From positions 35,154,001 to 35,218,000 of the forward strand of contig CM022671.1 of assembly GCA_012295275.1 (NCBI GenBank): a stretch of 64,000 nucleotides of DNA, given 5' to 3'. The notes under the pieces were generated by a model that worked only from the letters and a program-made list of their open reading frames with translations, was not told where the DNA came from and ran no database searches. The stretch comes from Chrysomallon squamiferum (lineage: Eukaryota; Animalia; Mollusca). Shown here in pieces: positions 30,149-44,000 of the stretch (within the stretch, counting starts at the first letter, position 1; each line of letters begins with the position of its first letter). A program made the position numbers and the translations under genes.

Positions 30149-32014
30149 ATTTAGAGATTCCACATGTATCATCCTACTTTGTAGATTGCTGCTGCAGATG
30201 TACTGTAGTTGAAAACAAATTTAGTAAACAGATTCTCTGCCTGTTTAATCTCAATTTATATAAAATTTGTATAAACGTATGTTATTTATTTTTCAGCTGT
30301 GTTTGTTGTGTTTGATCTTTCCGACATAAACTCTCTACAGCATGCTTCCCAGTGGATGGAGGAGGCCTGTGCGAATGCAGACAATCCAATCAAATGTTTA
30401 GTTGGAACCAAGAAAGACCTCATATCGCAGTCAACATATGAGAATGTGGAGGCTCGGGCTATAGCTGTTGCAAATCAACTTGGTGCCGAATATTGGGCCG
30501 TTTCTTCTAAAACTGGTGAATTGTTTTTTTTTCTATAGTTATTTATTTTTAAATATGGAGTAGTAAATTGTTTTTAAGATATTGTTGCTGAGATTCATTT
30601 TCTAAAATAGAAAATAGACCCGTTCTTTTTAGGAATATTTACTAATTTTACATTTGCTGTTAAACACTTATTCACATGTATTTCTTCACTTCCAAGTTAT
30701 TTATTATTTTTTTTACTGATTTCTTACCTTTAGTGTACCTTTAGTTTCACTAACAAAAACAAAAAAGAAATTAAAAAATTAAATAAGAATTTTTTTTTTA
30801 ATATTATATATTTTTTTTTATATCTTTTAAATCGACTTTTTCTTTGTTGTTTACTAAAGATTACATGACAGAAAGTTTAGAATAACAAATAAATAAATAC
30901 AGAAGATTTCTGTTTACTTGCTAGTGGTAAAACTGAAAAAACCCTTGGAAGTTACCAAAATCTTTATATGTGTATACATTATCATTTAATGATGGTTTCC
31001 AAACTGTGTAATGTTCATGACAAATAGATAAATGTTAAAACAGGTTTGTGGTATCTGTTTTCTGCATTAATAACTTCTACCTACCTTTTTTTCAGGTGAA
31101 AATGTAAAAGATTTTTTCTTCCGAGCTGTGTCTTTGATTTTTGATGCTTCTTTGTTGAGAGAACTTGAATCAACAACATCAATGAAACAGATAGGAAATA
31201 ATTTGATACGTATGTATTAGTAATTAAAATTAAAATTTTAATTAAAACAGTTTAATACATATATGTTAATTATAGTTAAACAGTGGCAGGTTTATTTTAT
31301 AACAAATAAGTTCATTAGCAAAAAAAACTTAAATAATTAGGCATAAAGCAACAACAGTTTTATTAATTACATTTATTTTAAAGTAATAAAATTTTCATAT
31401 ACACAGTACTTTGAATTACATTATTTATATTCCTGAAAAATATATTAATAATTATTAATTAGAAATGGTAAAAATTAGATGTGATAAAAATATATGTACA
31501 TTAGAATTAAAATGTGCAAGGTTCATCTTAAATGACTGGGGTTTTTTTTTGTTATTTTTTTAATAAATAAACATAGAGAGAAAATCAGTTATCTGATGGT
31601 TTACTGAAACATTTTTCTTTTTTAAAAGATATAAATATTAGAATTAAAAATGATCTTTTGTAATGTTTGGTTTGTTAAAAATATTTATTAATCATTCAAG
31701 TAATTTGTTAACTGGACCAAACAGTAAATTAATAAAATTCTTTTATATATATATATATATATTGTTAAGATTAAATTTTATTAATACTGTTTTAATACTT
31801 ACTAATAAATATATAAGTAATAATAAAATATATTTGAGAAAAGTGAAATTTGTTTTATAAAATTTGAAAATACTATCTGTTTATAAAAACTGCATGCACA
31901 GCATTTTTGATTAGTTCATTAATTTCTTTTTAATTTTCATTTTCAGAAGTTGAACGGACTAACACAAACCTTTATGAACAACGGAACAAGAAAAAATTAA
32001 AATGCTGTGATTAA
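27660..32014 (+). CDS. RAB34: Rab34/Rab36-family small GTPase
   Basis: Exons 27660-27725, 28510-28601, 29103-29168, 29596-29697, 29902-29966, 30297-30515, 31096-31209, 31947-32014; total 792 nt = 263 aa + stop. Family N-terminus DRVVSKFPQ...FHPKV...RTGRVG; [49 protein letters not shown]; C-terminal CCD prenylation motif. Probably co-orthologous to vertebrate RAB34 and RAB36. Confidence 0.93.
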
Positions 32015-35000
32015 AAACTGAAAAGAATTTAAAAAAAATATATTAAAATTAAAATGCTGTGATTAAAGACTGAAAAGAAAGACAGATTAAATTAAGTTAG
32101 TGACGAGAATGTGTGGACTAAAAATTAAGCTGAATTCAGAAAGTTGGCTGAGAAATGGATTTTGATTAGAAATTACCATAAAACTACAAAAATCTGTTAT
32201 GCCATTTCTTTGACTCGAGCTGTTTTATTTTTCAGTATATGAATACTGATATTTAAATGTTACTTAATGTATGGGTGACAAAAGTTGGCTATCATTGTTA
32301 ATTCTTTTTTTTTAATATTTTTTATTTCACATTATGTACTATTCATTAAAAATCATTTGTTTATTTACTTAATTACAAATAATTTTGTTTTAATTTAATC
32401 ATAAAAAAAAAATATATATATATATTTATTTGATATCCAAGCTAAAATACAGAATTTACTGGCCTGCAGTTTTCTTTTTTCTTTAGAATTTTTGTTTTTG
32501 AAATAATGACTGAAATGGAAAAATTATTGAAAAAAAAATGTGAAATTTAAAATATATTTGATAACAGGTTGTATGGATAAGATAATGAATTGTGCCATAA
32601 TAATTTTATCTGTGATTTTATTTTTGTTTTTCATATGAATTTTTGTGTGTGTATGAATTAAGATGAAAAAATACAATCTAAAATGTAGTTTTCATTATAA
32701 TTAAAATCAAAAAAAGCAAAGTTAAATGAAATCATTTTTATTACTACTACTATGGTTACTATTGCTGCTTATACTAGTATACTATTATGCTTCACATTAA
32801 TCCACTACTAGTAGATTACTAGACTTTTAGAACTACTATTAATATTATTATTATTAAAATTAAATTAAAATTCAATTATTATTATTATTATTATTATTAT
32901 ATGACTACAGTTTTTATCTGTTCTAGTCATTTTTTGGGGGGTTCTCCTGTATTCACTGTTTTTGATCTGGTAAAGTGTAAAATTAGATACTTGCATTGTC
33001 ATTTCTGCCATTTGTTAATTTTTAGAAAATAAAAATAATTTTTAATTTTTATGTAAAACTAAGAAAAATGATATGGTTGTAAAAAAGAAAAATATACAGC
33101 TGATCATGTTTATTTAAAAATTATTTTTAACAAACAGATTTTAAAAAAGAATTCATAATGTAAAATTGAAAAATGGATAGAGAGAAAATAAAATGTTGTA
33201 AATATACTTTAAATTAATATTTTAATTTTTTTTATATATATGTATATTTTCTATTTTTTTATTTATTTTTATAACTTGAAATATTTATAAAAATGAGTGA
33301 ATTAGTAACAGAGAAATTAATGATAAAATTTGTAAGGAAGAGAAACAAATTCATACTGTGAGATTTTAAAAAATACATCTTTTCATTTGTCAGTAAAAAT
33401 ATCCATCCTTAATACTGGCTTCTTTTGTTAAAGTTCAGCTGAAGTTCCTAAATATTTGGTGCCTATAGATTTTTTTCATTGATATATGTAATTTACATGA
33501 CATTTTGTAACCTGTATTTTCCTAGAGTTGTGAAAATGTTATCTGATTATAGAAAAATCATGGGATTTGATTGTTCCATTCTAAAACCTACTTAATTTTT
33601 AAAAAAAAATTTATTATTATTTTATAATGTATGCATAGTGATATTATATCTTGTCTGATTTTTATATTTTTCAAATTACTTTTTTCATATGTTATTGATT
33701 TATTTTAAGCATGGTGATTTGGGTAATGCTAATATTCACTTTTAATCTTATTATTTTGTCTGCTTATTTTTGTATTTATATATCATAATTTCGGAGCTGT
33801 ATAATTTGTATTTCAGACATTTTCTGACATTAAATAAAAATTAAGTCAATAATTGGTGCTTTAAAAAAAAAAAGTTAATATAAAATCTGTAGATTTCTGT
33901 TGCATAATATTGTTCTCATGTCAAAGCATTGTTTTTTTTTGTAATTTTATTTGTCTTTTTGTGCAACACAGATCCATGATGTTAACATATCATCTTGACA
34001 TCCTTTGTGATTCTGTTTTTTATTTGCGTGTCTCTACATTCCTGCTTTTTTCTTCTACTGTTGTTTATAAATTTATTTTATTTAATATTTATTTTTTAGT
34101 TCTTCTTATTGTTATTTGATATCTGTGGCTCTTTGTTATTAAATATAACTGGTTAACAATGTACAAAATGAATTTTTGTTCTAACAAAAACTTTTTATTT
34201 TGTTTTTAATTTTTTGCATTGAAATAACTTCAAAATTAAACAGATACAATCATACATGAAGAAAATGTAAATATAATTTTCAGTTAGATGTAGCATATGT
34301 AGATTGTAAATTTTTCCTTTATAATAAATTAGATTAATACAGCTTAGATAAAATTAGGACATTTTTTTTATCAATGTAAAACTAACTTTGTTAATGTTAT
34401 TTTACAATTATGAATAATAAATGATATATTTGATTTGTTAAATTTAAAACACTTTACAGTTGAATTACATGATTAATTAGTTTTCCCCATGAAGCTTACA
34501 CTGAAAGAAAAGAAATCTCAACAATACAGTTTTGTTTACAATTGTTTAACATGTAATTAGGCTGCCTTTAATGCTTTTGATCTGAAATATAAATAATTTT
34601 TAATGCTTTTTTTATGTCTGATGATTGTGTTCACTTGTCAATTCATGACATTGTTTGGGTCCGTCCACTAAAATATTCTTAGTTAAAAATGTACTTATAA
34701 ACTGGTGTAATTTTTTTCACCTGGTTCATTGTCACAATACAGATTTTCTGAAATGGTTTTTATATTGTTGTAAAATCCTGTATCAGCTTTTCAGAATTTT
34801 TTTTTATATCATGTCAGTTTATATCAAAATTATTTTATAATAAATATCAATTATTTAACTTTTGTGTTCTTTTTAATTTAAAAAATAAAAATTTTACGGT
34901 AAAACAAAAAGTGTTACAAAATAAAAGATAATTACTTACTAATTATTTTGTAACTTAACAATTCAAGATAAATGAAATGTAAATAAAAACAAAAAATAAA

Positions 35001-35256
35001 CCTATTATTTGGTGTTGCAATAGCAACGTTTATTAAATGTTTATTTTACAAAGATTTGTAACAAGATCTGATTTATGTTTTGAGATAAATAATAAAATTA
35101 GCTCTTATTTAAGATTTCTATTTTTGAAATTGTAGAACACACAGATTCAGACTTAGAACACTCAGTTGTTGAACACAGTTTTTGGTAAAAGAAAAGAAAT
35201 TGGCAAGATAAATATAAGTCTGTGGTATGTGCTGTGGCGCTGTATTATGCAGATGG

Positions 35257-38200
35257 TTACAGTTCTGCTGGAGCACACCTGTCCCAGACTCGGACCTGTG
35301 AAAAATCAGTGAAAATAAAACAACAACAATCTAGTAAGTCAGTCGAATGTTTCCATTCAGCAGCAGCTATTTCACTTTGAACACAGAAATAGTCTCATCA
35401 ACACATTTATAACAAACAATATTCATCAATGTGTGTCTGTATGCTGTTTTTAATTACACTGAATTAGAAGTTAAAAAGCAAATTTATAAACTTGGACAAA
35501 GTAATAACTTCATTTTAAATATTCAAATTTTTTTTTTTTGAAAATTAAGTGAGGTTATTCAATTAAAAATTCAATTTAAATTATCCTGAATAGTTAAAGC
35601 TTCATTTGTTTAGTTCAAACTGATTAATTCTGAAAAACATACCCAGTCCACGTATCCCACGAAATCTGCTATATTCTCATCACCATGGCTACCAACTTGA
35701 AGAGCGCAGGTTCGTGTCCCAATAGGGCCTGAGAAAATAAACAACTTGTTTTTAGATTATTTCTTAATTTTTCATTATCTCAAAATTATTTCCTTTTTTC
35801 CTTTTTTGCTTTTGTTCTGCTTTTGGATATAAATGCACATGGGTATATATACAAAAAAACAACAACTTTTTTTTAAATAGTGTAATCACTCTCTAAAGTG
35901 AAATAAATAAAATAACTATGATAAAAAAAAATATATATATTACCTTTTGCCAGATTTATAAATAAAATATTTATTAGAAAATTAGAAGTAATATTTAAAC
36001 ATTAATTACTTTTGTTTACAGTGCGTAAAATTAATAACATATAACATGATGTGTAGATAACTAAGGTTTATGATTAGATGTGTAATACAGAATGTATTTA
36101 TTACCATCGATGACAAGTTCATCTGTGTTCTGACGTCCTCCACTTCCTTTGACATAGCCTAAATACGAGTATCCTCGTGCACTGGTTCTTGTGTACCTCA
36201 GTTCAATTTCTACCCACTCATTCTGCAGTACACGTATTTTATAAAATATATATATATATATATATATATATACAGGTATATGCTTGTATTAAAGTTCAAA
36301 TTCTACCTATTTGTTCTGCGATACACAGTTAACTGTATAAAATATATATATATTTATGGATGTACACTTTTGTATTGTAGATTAATTTCTAACCAAGAAA
36401 AACAGAAATCCCTTAATTTTAATTATAAATAAATAAATAAATAAAAAATAAAAAATAAAAATAAGGTTATGAAATTTAAAAACATTTAGTAAGAAATAAA
36501 TCAATACAACAATTACCAGATTTGCACTGTAATTAATCTCTTGTGTTTTTTCTATATCAGAATTCTCTGATCGTATGCCGAATTTGATGGTATTAGTTGT
36601 CATGGTGATAGAAATGGAGGCTGTTCTATTGCAGTCTGCATTTGAGAGAACGGCATATTCCTTTCCACTTTCCAGCTCACTTGGCTGTACTCGAGTTCTG
36701 ATTACAGTGTTGTTGTGACTGAATCCCGAATTAGCAAACCTCCACCAGATTACTCTCCCCTTGCCCATGAACTCTCCTGCTTTGTCATCAACTCCAGAAA
36801 TACTGTCTGTGAGTGCAACACCTTCATAACTACGTGAAGAAAAAAACCAAAAAAAACCCCACAATAAAACAAAAATAAATATTTATATATATATATAATT
36901 GTAAACTGAAATCATCAATTGATAAATCTATGTTAGGTACAACAACAAACAACAATAACAACAACAGCAGCAGCACAACGTTAAAAATGGCAATAAATCA
37001 ATATATATATATATTATTAAAAAGTTAAATTAAAAAATATTTTATTGAAACTTTATATTTAACATATAAAAATTATACCTGGCTGATTTCTGAATTGTGT
37101 TGAATGTTAATTCTTCATCAGGTTCTTGGGCTGGTGTGCTGCAGTCTAAAAATAGAACAGAAAAAGTTATTACATGTAGATTATACAAATATTATATTCT
37201 GCAATATGCTAGTTATACTTATTAAATTTACAATTTATAAATTTGAAATTTAAAAAAAAACTAAGAAAAAGGAAAAAGAATAAGAAAAAATAGAAAGAAA
37301 CAACACATTTCATTTTTAAAACTTTCTCATCAACTTTCAGATAAAAAAAAAAAAGGTGTGTTAGATTTTTTACATAATTTTTATGTCACTGGAAATTTCA
37401 TTGAACAACATTATAACTAATCATCAACTTTGATTATTATTTATAAGGCATGTTACAATTAACAATTTACTTCTGAAAACATGTATTTTTATCTAATTTG
37501 ATCTAATATTGATTTATGGTTAAAAAAAAAAAAAAAACCAAAAACCCAAACAATTTACTTCTGAAAACATGTATTTTTATCTAATTTTATCTAATATCGA
37601 TTTATGGTTAAAAAACAAACAAACAAAAAAACAACAACAACAACAACCAAAAACAAGCAAAAAACCACCCAAAACAACTAAAAAGCAAAATACAGTGTTT
37701 GTAATACAAGTGGTCTCATACCATAGATTTGTGCATCAGGATCATGGACGCAAACACAGAGTGAAACGTTAAACATGGTTCTAGGGCCGCATTCCTTCCT
37801 GACAAAACCTTTCTCTCCATTAATTGTGGCTGGCTGCAGGAAAACTTTCTTGTCATTGGGATCTTCCTTTAGGTGGCAGAATGGAGCTAAACAACGAATA
37901 AATAAAAATATGGAACATATGAAAGAAAGCCATAACATAACATGTTATAATAAGATAGTAATTTGTGCAATTAAAGGGGATAACTCTGACATTACAGTTG
38001 ATTTCCACTTATTCTTGATTTTCCTGTCCTTTTCTGTCATGATAAGTTGGGATCAGGTTTCATATGATTTTTTATTTATTTATTTATTTATCAGGTTATT
38101 ATTTTTGTTCTGTTTTAAAGAACAAATCCAGTATTTCTGAAAACTTAAAAATGTACGAAAAAAGCAAAAAAAAAAACAACAACAAAAAGTTAAAAAAACA

Positions 38201-38797
38201 AACAAAAATAATAAAAATAAAAATAAAATAAAACAACAAAACATCAGACAAAACAAAAAGACATCATATAATAATAATAATAATAATAAATAAAACAATG
38301 ACAAATAAAAGTAAAAATATTTATTATAATTACAATAAATAATAATAAAATAAAGTTATAATAAAAATGATAATAATAATAATAAAATAATAATAATAAA
38401 ATGATCAGTGCTGATGGGGATAACTCTTATAATACAGTTAAATAACAATGATTTTCCTGTCCGACAATAATCATGATGCAGTTGGGATCAGGTTAATGAT
38501 GTCTGATAAAATGAAACTGTGACAGATGGATGGATGGATGGATAGACAAACAAAGAGATAGATATAAAGACCACAAACAAGAAAAAAACTCTTTGTTCCA
38601 AAAAAAAAAAAAAAAAAAAAAAGCTTATGAAACGGAGATGTAATAATGATGATGATGATGATGATGATAATAATAATAATAATAATAATAATAATCATAA
38701 CAACAACAACAACAACAATAATAAATAAATAAATAAACAAACAATAACAACAATAATTTGTTGTTTAAAATTTCAACAAGTTACAAAATATCTCTAC

Positions 38798-38854
<57 letters not shown>

Positions 38855-39138
38855 AATAAATAAAAATAAAAACTAGACTAACTGCGGTTTTTATTACTTT
38901 TAAATATCTCCTCAAAACATGAAGTGTTGTAAGCCTACCTTCCTCGCACGTGGTCAGCTGTGGATGGTCACACGCCTTTTTGTTCTGATTCCACAGCGTC
39001 CCCGGCGCGCAGTCCCTGATGTAGTAAGAGTCGATGTCGCACTGCACGTACATGTCACAACGTCCCTTCACGGCCACGTAGCCCACCCCGTTAATTCGTG
39101 TACAGTTGTCACAGACGTTAGCTGAATAATAATAAAAA

Positions 39139-39170
<32 letters not shown>

Positions 39171-39428
39171 CAACAGTAATAAGAAGAAGAACAATAATAA
39201 TAATAACAACAATAACAACAATATATAAATAAATATAAAAGACAAATTTAATATAATAATTATAATAATAGTAACAATAACAACGACAACGATGATGATA
39301 TTTCTTGCTAGTAATCAGTGTGTGTACTTTAAGTCCCAGAGACAAGGAGACAAGTACTCTGACAGCAATCAACAAACAACAACAGTAATAACAGTAACAC
39401 CAAAAATTAAAATGACAACAACATTATT

Positions 39429-39463
<35 letters not shown>

Positions 39464-39473
39464 TATTTTTATG

Positions 39474-39516
<43 letters not shown>

Positions 39517-39879
39517 GTGGTAGTATTAGTATTATTCATCAGTATTAGTAAAGTAAATTAAGTTTATAGGAAAGAAACATTATGATGCGACAACGAGAGA
39601 TAAAACGTTGCGTACGTTCAACCACAATTTCACACCGAGGTCCTCCGAACCCAGCAGAACAGCGGCAAACACATTTATTAGTACAGGCGTCTCTGTAAGC
39701 CTTCTGACCATTCCTACATGGGTTGTCTGCTCCTGTACACTCTTCTGTGTTTGAAAAACAAAACATTCTATTTGGTAAGAATGTGAAAGACTACACATAA
39801 TAAATATAGCATGTATCTATATTTTTCCATATGTAGCAGAATAAAAAAAAAAAAAAACAAACAATAACAATGACAACAA

Positions 39880-39923
<44 letters not shown>

Positions 39924-40987
39924 AAAGAACGTTTAGCACAGTTTTGATGTAAAGGCAGGTGTACATATACAGTGGTATCTCGATTTGTCAGTGCTCCTAT
40001 TTACGAGTTTTTTGAGTTATGAACAGTTGACCGGTCGAGTTTTTAATTTGAATTGTGAGCCAAAATCCAAGTTATGAACCGCCGCTAGGTGCCGCAACGA
40101 ACAACACAACATCCGGCCAGCATCCCACGTGTCCCTTGTTTATTTCGCGTGGTTACCTCGCCGCGAAACCATCTCTGTTGTCTTGTGCTTGCATTTTGTG
40201 CAGTATTTTGCCAAATTTCTTTTTTCTGATCATGAATCGTAAGAAAATGAGTGCAAAGGACAGTGCTGAGAAAAACTTGAGTGAGGTGTGCTTGTAGTCG
40301 ACTTGGCTAGGCAGTGTGAGCGTAGTACTTCTACGATATGTACTATACTGAAGCTGAAGGACTCGATAAAGGCTGTAACTCCAGACAAAGGCGTTAAAAT
40401 AATTTGTGTGATCTTCAAGATAAATACACCTTACACAACCAGTTTGTTTCTTTACATTCTCTTTTATTTTGTTTTTATACAATATTTGTCATTTATAAAT
40501 ACATTTTTCTTATTTAAAAACACGTTACATAATTTAAAAAAAAAAAAAAAATGTGCCTTTTTTTTTGTTGGGCTGGAACGGATTAATCTAGTAAGTCAAG
40601 GTACCACTGTATTTCCTTTATTTCTGTGGGAGACTTTATACAACAGTACCATACCTCCTCCGTGATCACTGGAGTCACAGTAGGTGCCCGAGTAGCCCTG
40701 GTCACATGTACAGACACACGTGCTGCCAGACAGACTGGCAGTTCCGTGATTGTTACAGTCAGCTCTAGAGCACGACTTGGGGTTCACAGCTGTGAATAGC
40801 AGAAATAACGTTTTAAAATACCCAGTGTAATAAAGTACTATATTACACATTACAATATAACAACAAGCATAGAAATAAAATAACAAGCAAATAAATAAAT
40901 AAGGAAACAAAAATTAAAATATAAGAAAAACCCATAATAATAATAATAAATAAAATGATCGTAATAATAATAATAATAATGATAATA

Positions 40988-41041
<54 letters not shown>

Positions 41042-44000
41042 GAAAAAAGAAGAAGAAGAAACTAAACAAACTTTATTAATATCTCAAGGCAGTGCTCAGA
41101 AATACTACGATTACAGTTACATCCAAAACAGTAACAACAGCTACTACTACTAATAAAACCAAGAAAAAATAAACAGTAAATAAAAAACAAAATTCTCCCC
41201 AACAAAACAGAAATATATAAAATTATTTTACAAATCAAATTATAACAGTCAGTGTAAAATAAAAATTACATATAAACATGAACAACAATATTTTATTTTA
41301 CAAATTATAACAAGCTAGAATAAATAATCAGCTGTGCAGTAAACAGCATATTTTAACACATGTATTATACTCTATAACTGGAGTGTGTCTTTTTATTTAT
41401 ATCTTATTACTCAGTATTTAATTATACATACGTAGTGTATATTTATTATCAGTATTTATTTATATAAAATTATACTTGTAATTTAATATTTTTAATTCAA
41501 ATAACACATCATTGTTGTTACTATTATTAGTATTAGTATTAGTATTAGTATTATTAGTAGTAGTATAGTAGTTCTCGATTAAATTTATAGTGTTACGTAT
41601 AGTACATATTTTTTTTTTTTTTTTTACAAACTTCCATGTTTCACATCTAGAGCCTGTGTATCCTTGTTTAACTATGTTTAAAATTTTCATTTTAAATATA
41701 TAAATTTCTGTTTTCATTTTAAATATATAAATTTTTGTTTTCATTTTAAATATATAAATATCCGTTTTCATTTTAAATATATAAATATGTGTTTTTATTT
41801 TAAATATATAAATATCTGTTTTCATTTTAAATATATAAATATCTGTAATCATTTTAAATATATAAATATATGTTTTCATTTTAAATACATAAATATCTGT
41901 TTTCATTTTAAATACATAAATATCTGTTTTCATTTTAAATATATAAATATCTGTTTTCATTTTAAATATATAAATATCTGTTTTCATTTTAAACTATATA
42001 AATTTCTGTTTTCATTTTAAATATATAAATATCTGTTTATATTTACGTGTGTCACATCTAGGTCCTGTGTATCCTTGGTTACAGTTGCAGTAGCAGTTGG
42101 GTGATGTACCACTGACAGTGCCTCTGTAGTTGCAGTAGTTGTCAGCACAGGGTGCTGGTGTCACTGCTGTAAAAAGTACATAAAATTATAATTAGATGAA
42201 TATTATAAAATGTCTGTATTTATCTTATGTCTAATACTCTTTTTAAATATATAATTATCTGTTTTCAGTTTAAATATATAAATATTTGTTTTTATTTTAA
42301 ATATATAAATATCTCTTTTCATTTTAAATATATAAATATCTATTTAATTATATTTATATATTTTACATCTAAATTCTGTGTATCCCTGTTTAATATTTAA
42401 AACATCATTTTAAATATATAAATATCTATTTAACTATATTTATATATTTTACATCTAAAGCCTGTGTATCACTATTTAATTATATTTAAAATTTTCCTTT
42501 TAAATATATAAATATCTCTTTTCATTTTAAATATATAAATATCTTTTTTTATTTTAAATATATAAATATCTTTTTTTATTTTAAATATATAAATATCTGT
42601 TTTCATTTTAAATATATAAATATCTGTTTTCATTTTAAATATATAATTATCTGTTTTCATTTTAAATATATAAATATCTGTTTTTATTTTAAATATATAA
42701 ATATCTCTTTTCATTTTAAACAATATAAATATCTGTTTTCATTTTAAATATATAAATATCTCTTTTCATTTTAAATATATAATTATCTGTTTTCATTTTA
42801 AATATATAAATATCTGTTTTCATTTTAAACTATATAAATATCTGTTTTCATTTTAAATATATAATTATCTGTTTTCATTTTAAATATATAAATATCTGTT
42901 TTTATTTTAAATATATAAATATCTCTTTTCATTTTAAACAATATAAATATCTGTTTTCATTTTAAATATATAAATATCTGTTTTCATTTTAAATATATAA
43001 ATATTTCTTTAATTATATTTATATAAATATCTGTTTTTATTTTAAATATAGAAATATCTGTTTTCATTTTAAATATAGAAATATCTGTTTTCATTTTAAA
43101 TATATAAAAATCTGTTTTCCTTTTAAATATATAAATTTCTGTTTTTATTTTAAATATATAAATAGCTGTTTTCATTTTAAATATATAAATATCTGTTTTC
43201 ATTTTAAATATATAAATATCTTTTTTAATTTTAAATACATAAATATCCCTTCATTTTAAATATATAAATATCTATTTAATTATATTTATATATTTTACAT
43301 CTAAAGCCTGTGTATCACTATTTAATTATATTTAAAAAATTCATTTTAAATATATAAATATCTTGTTTCATTTTAAATGTATAAATTTCTGTTTTCAGTT
43401 TAAATATACAAATATCTCTTTTTATTTTAAATATATAAATATCTGTTTATATTTACGTGTTTCACATCTAGGTCCTGTGTATCCTTGGTTACAGTTGCAG
43501 TAGCAGTTGGGTGATGTACCACTGACAGTGCCTCTGTAGTTGCAGTAGTTGTCAGCACAGGGTGCTGGTGTCACTGCTGTAAAAAGTACATAAAATTATA
43601 ATTAGATGAATATTATAAAATGTCTGTATTTATCTTATGTCTAATACTCTTTTTAAATATATAATTATCTGTTTTCAGTTTAAATATATATATATTTGTT
43701 TTTATTTTAAATATATAAATATCTCTTTTCATTTTAAATATATAAATATCTATTTAATTATATTTATATATTTTACATCTAAATTCTGTGTATCCCTGTT
43801 TAATATTTAAAACATCATTTTAAATATATAAATATCTATTTAACTATATTTATATATTTTACATCTAAAGCCTGTGTATCACTATTTAATTATATTTAAA
43901 ATTTTCCTTTTAAATATATAAATATCTGTTTTCATTTTAAATATATAAATATCTCTTTTCATTTTAAATATATAAATATCTTTTTTTATTTTAAATATAT

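Noticed and set aside
37462-37615. ~63-bp direct duplication in a Pif-like intron
   Set aside because: An ordinary local tandem duplication with no sign of function.
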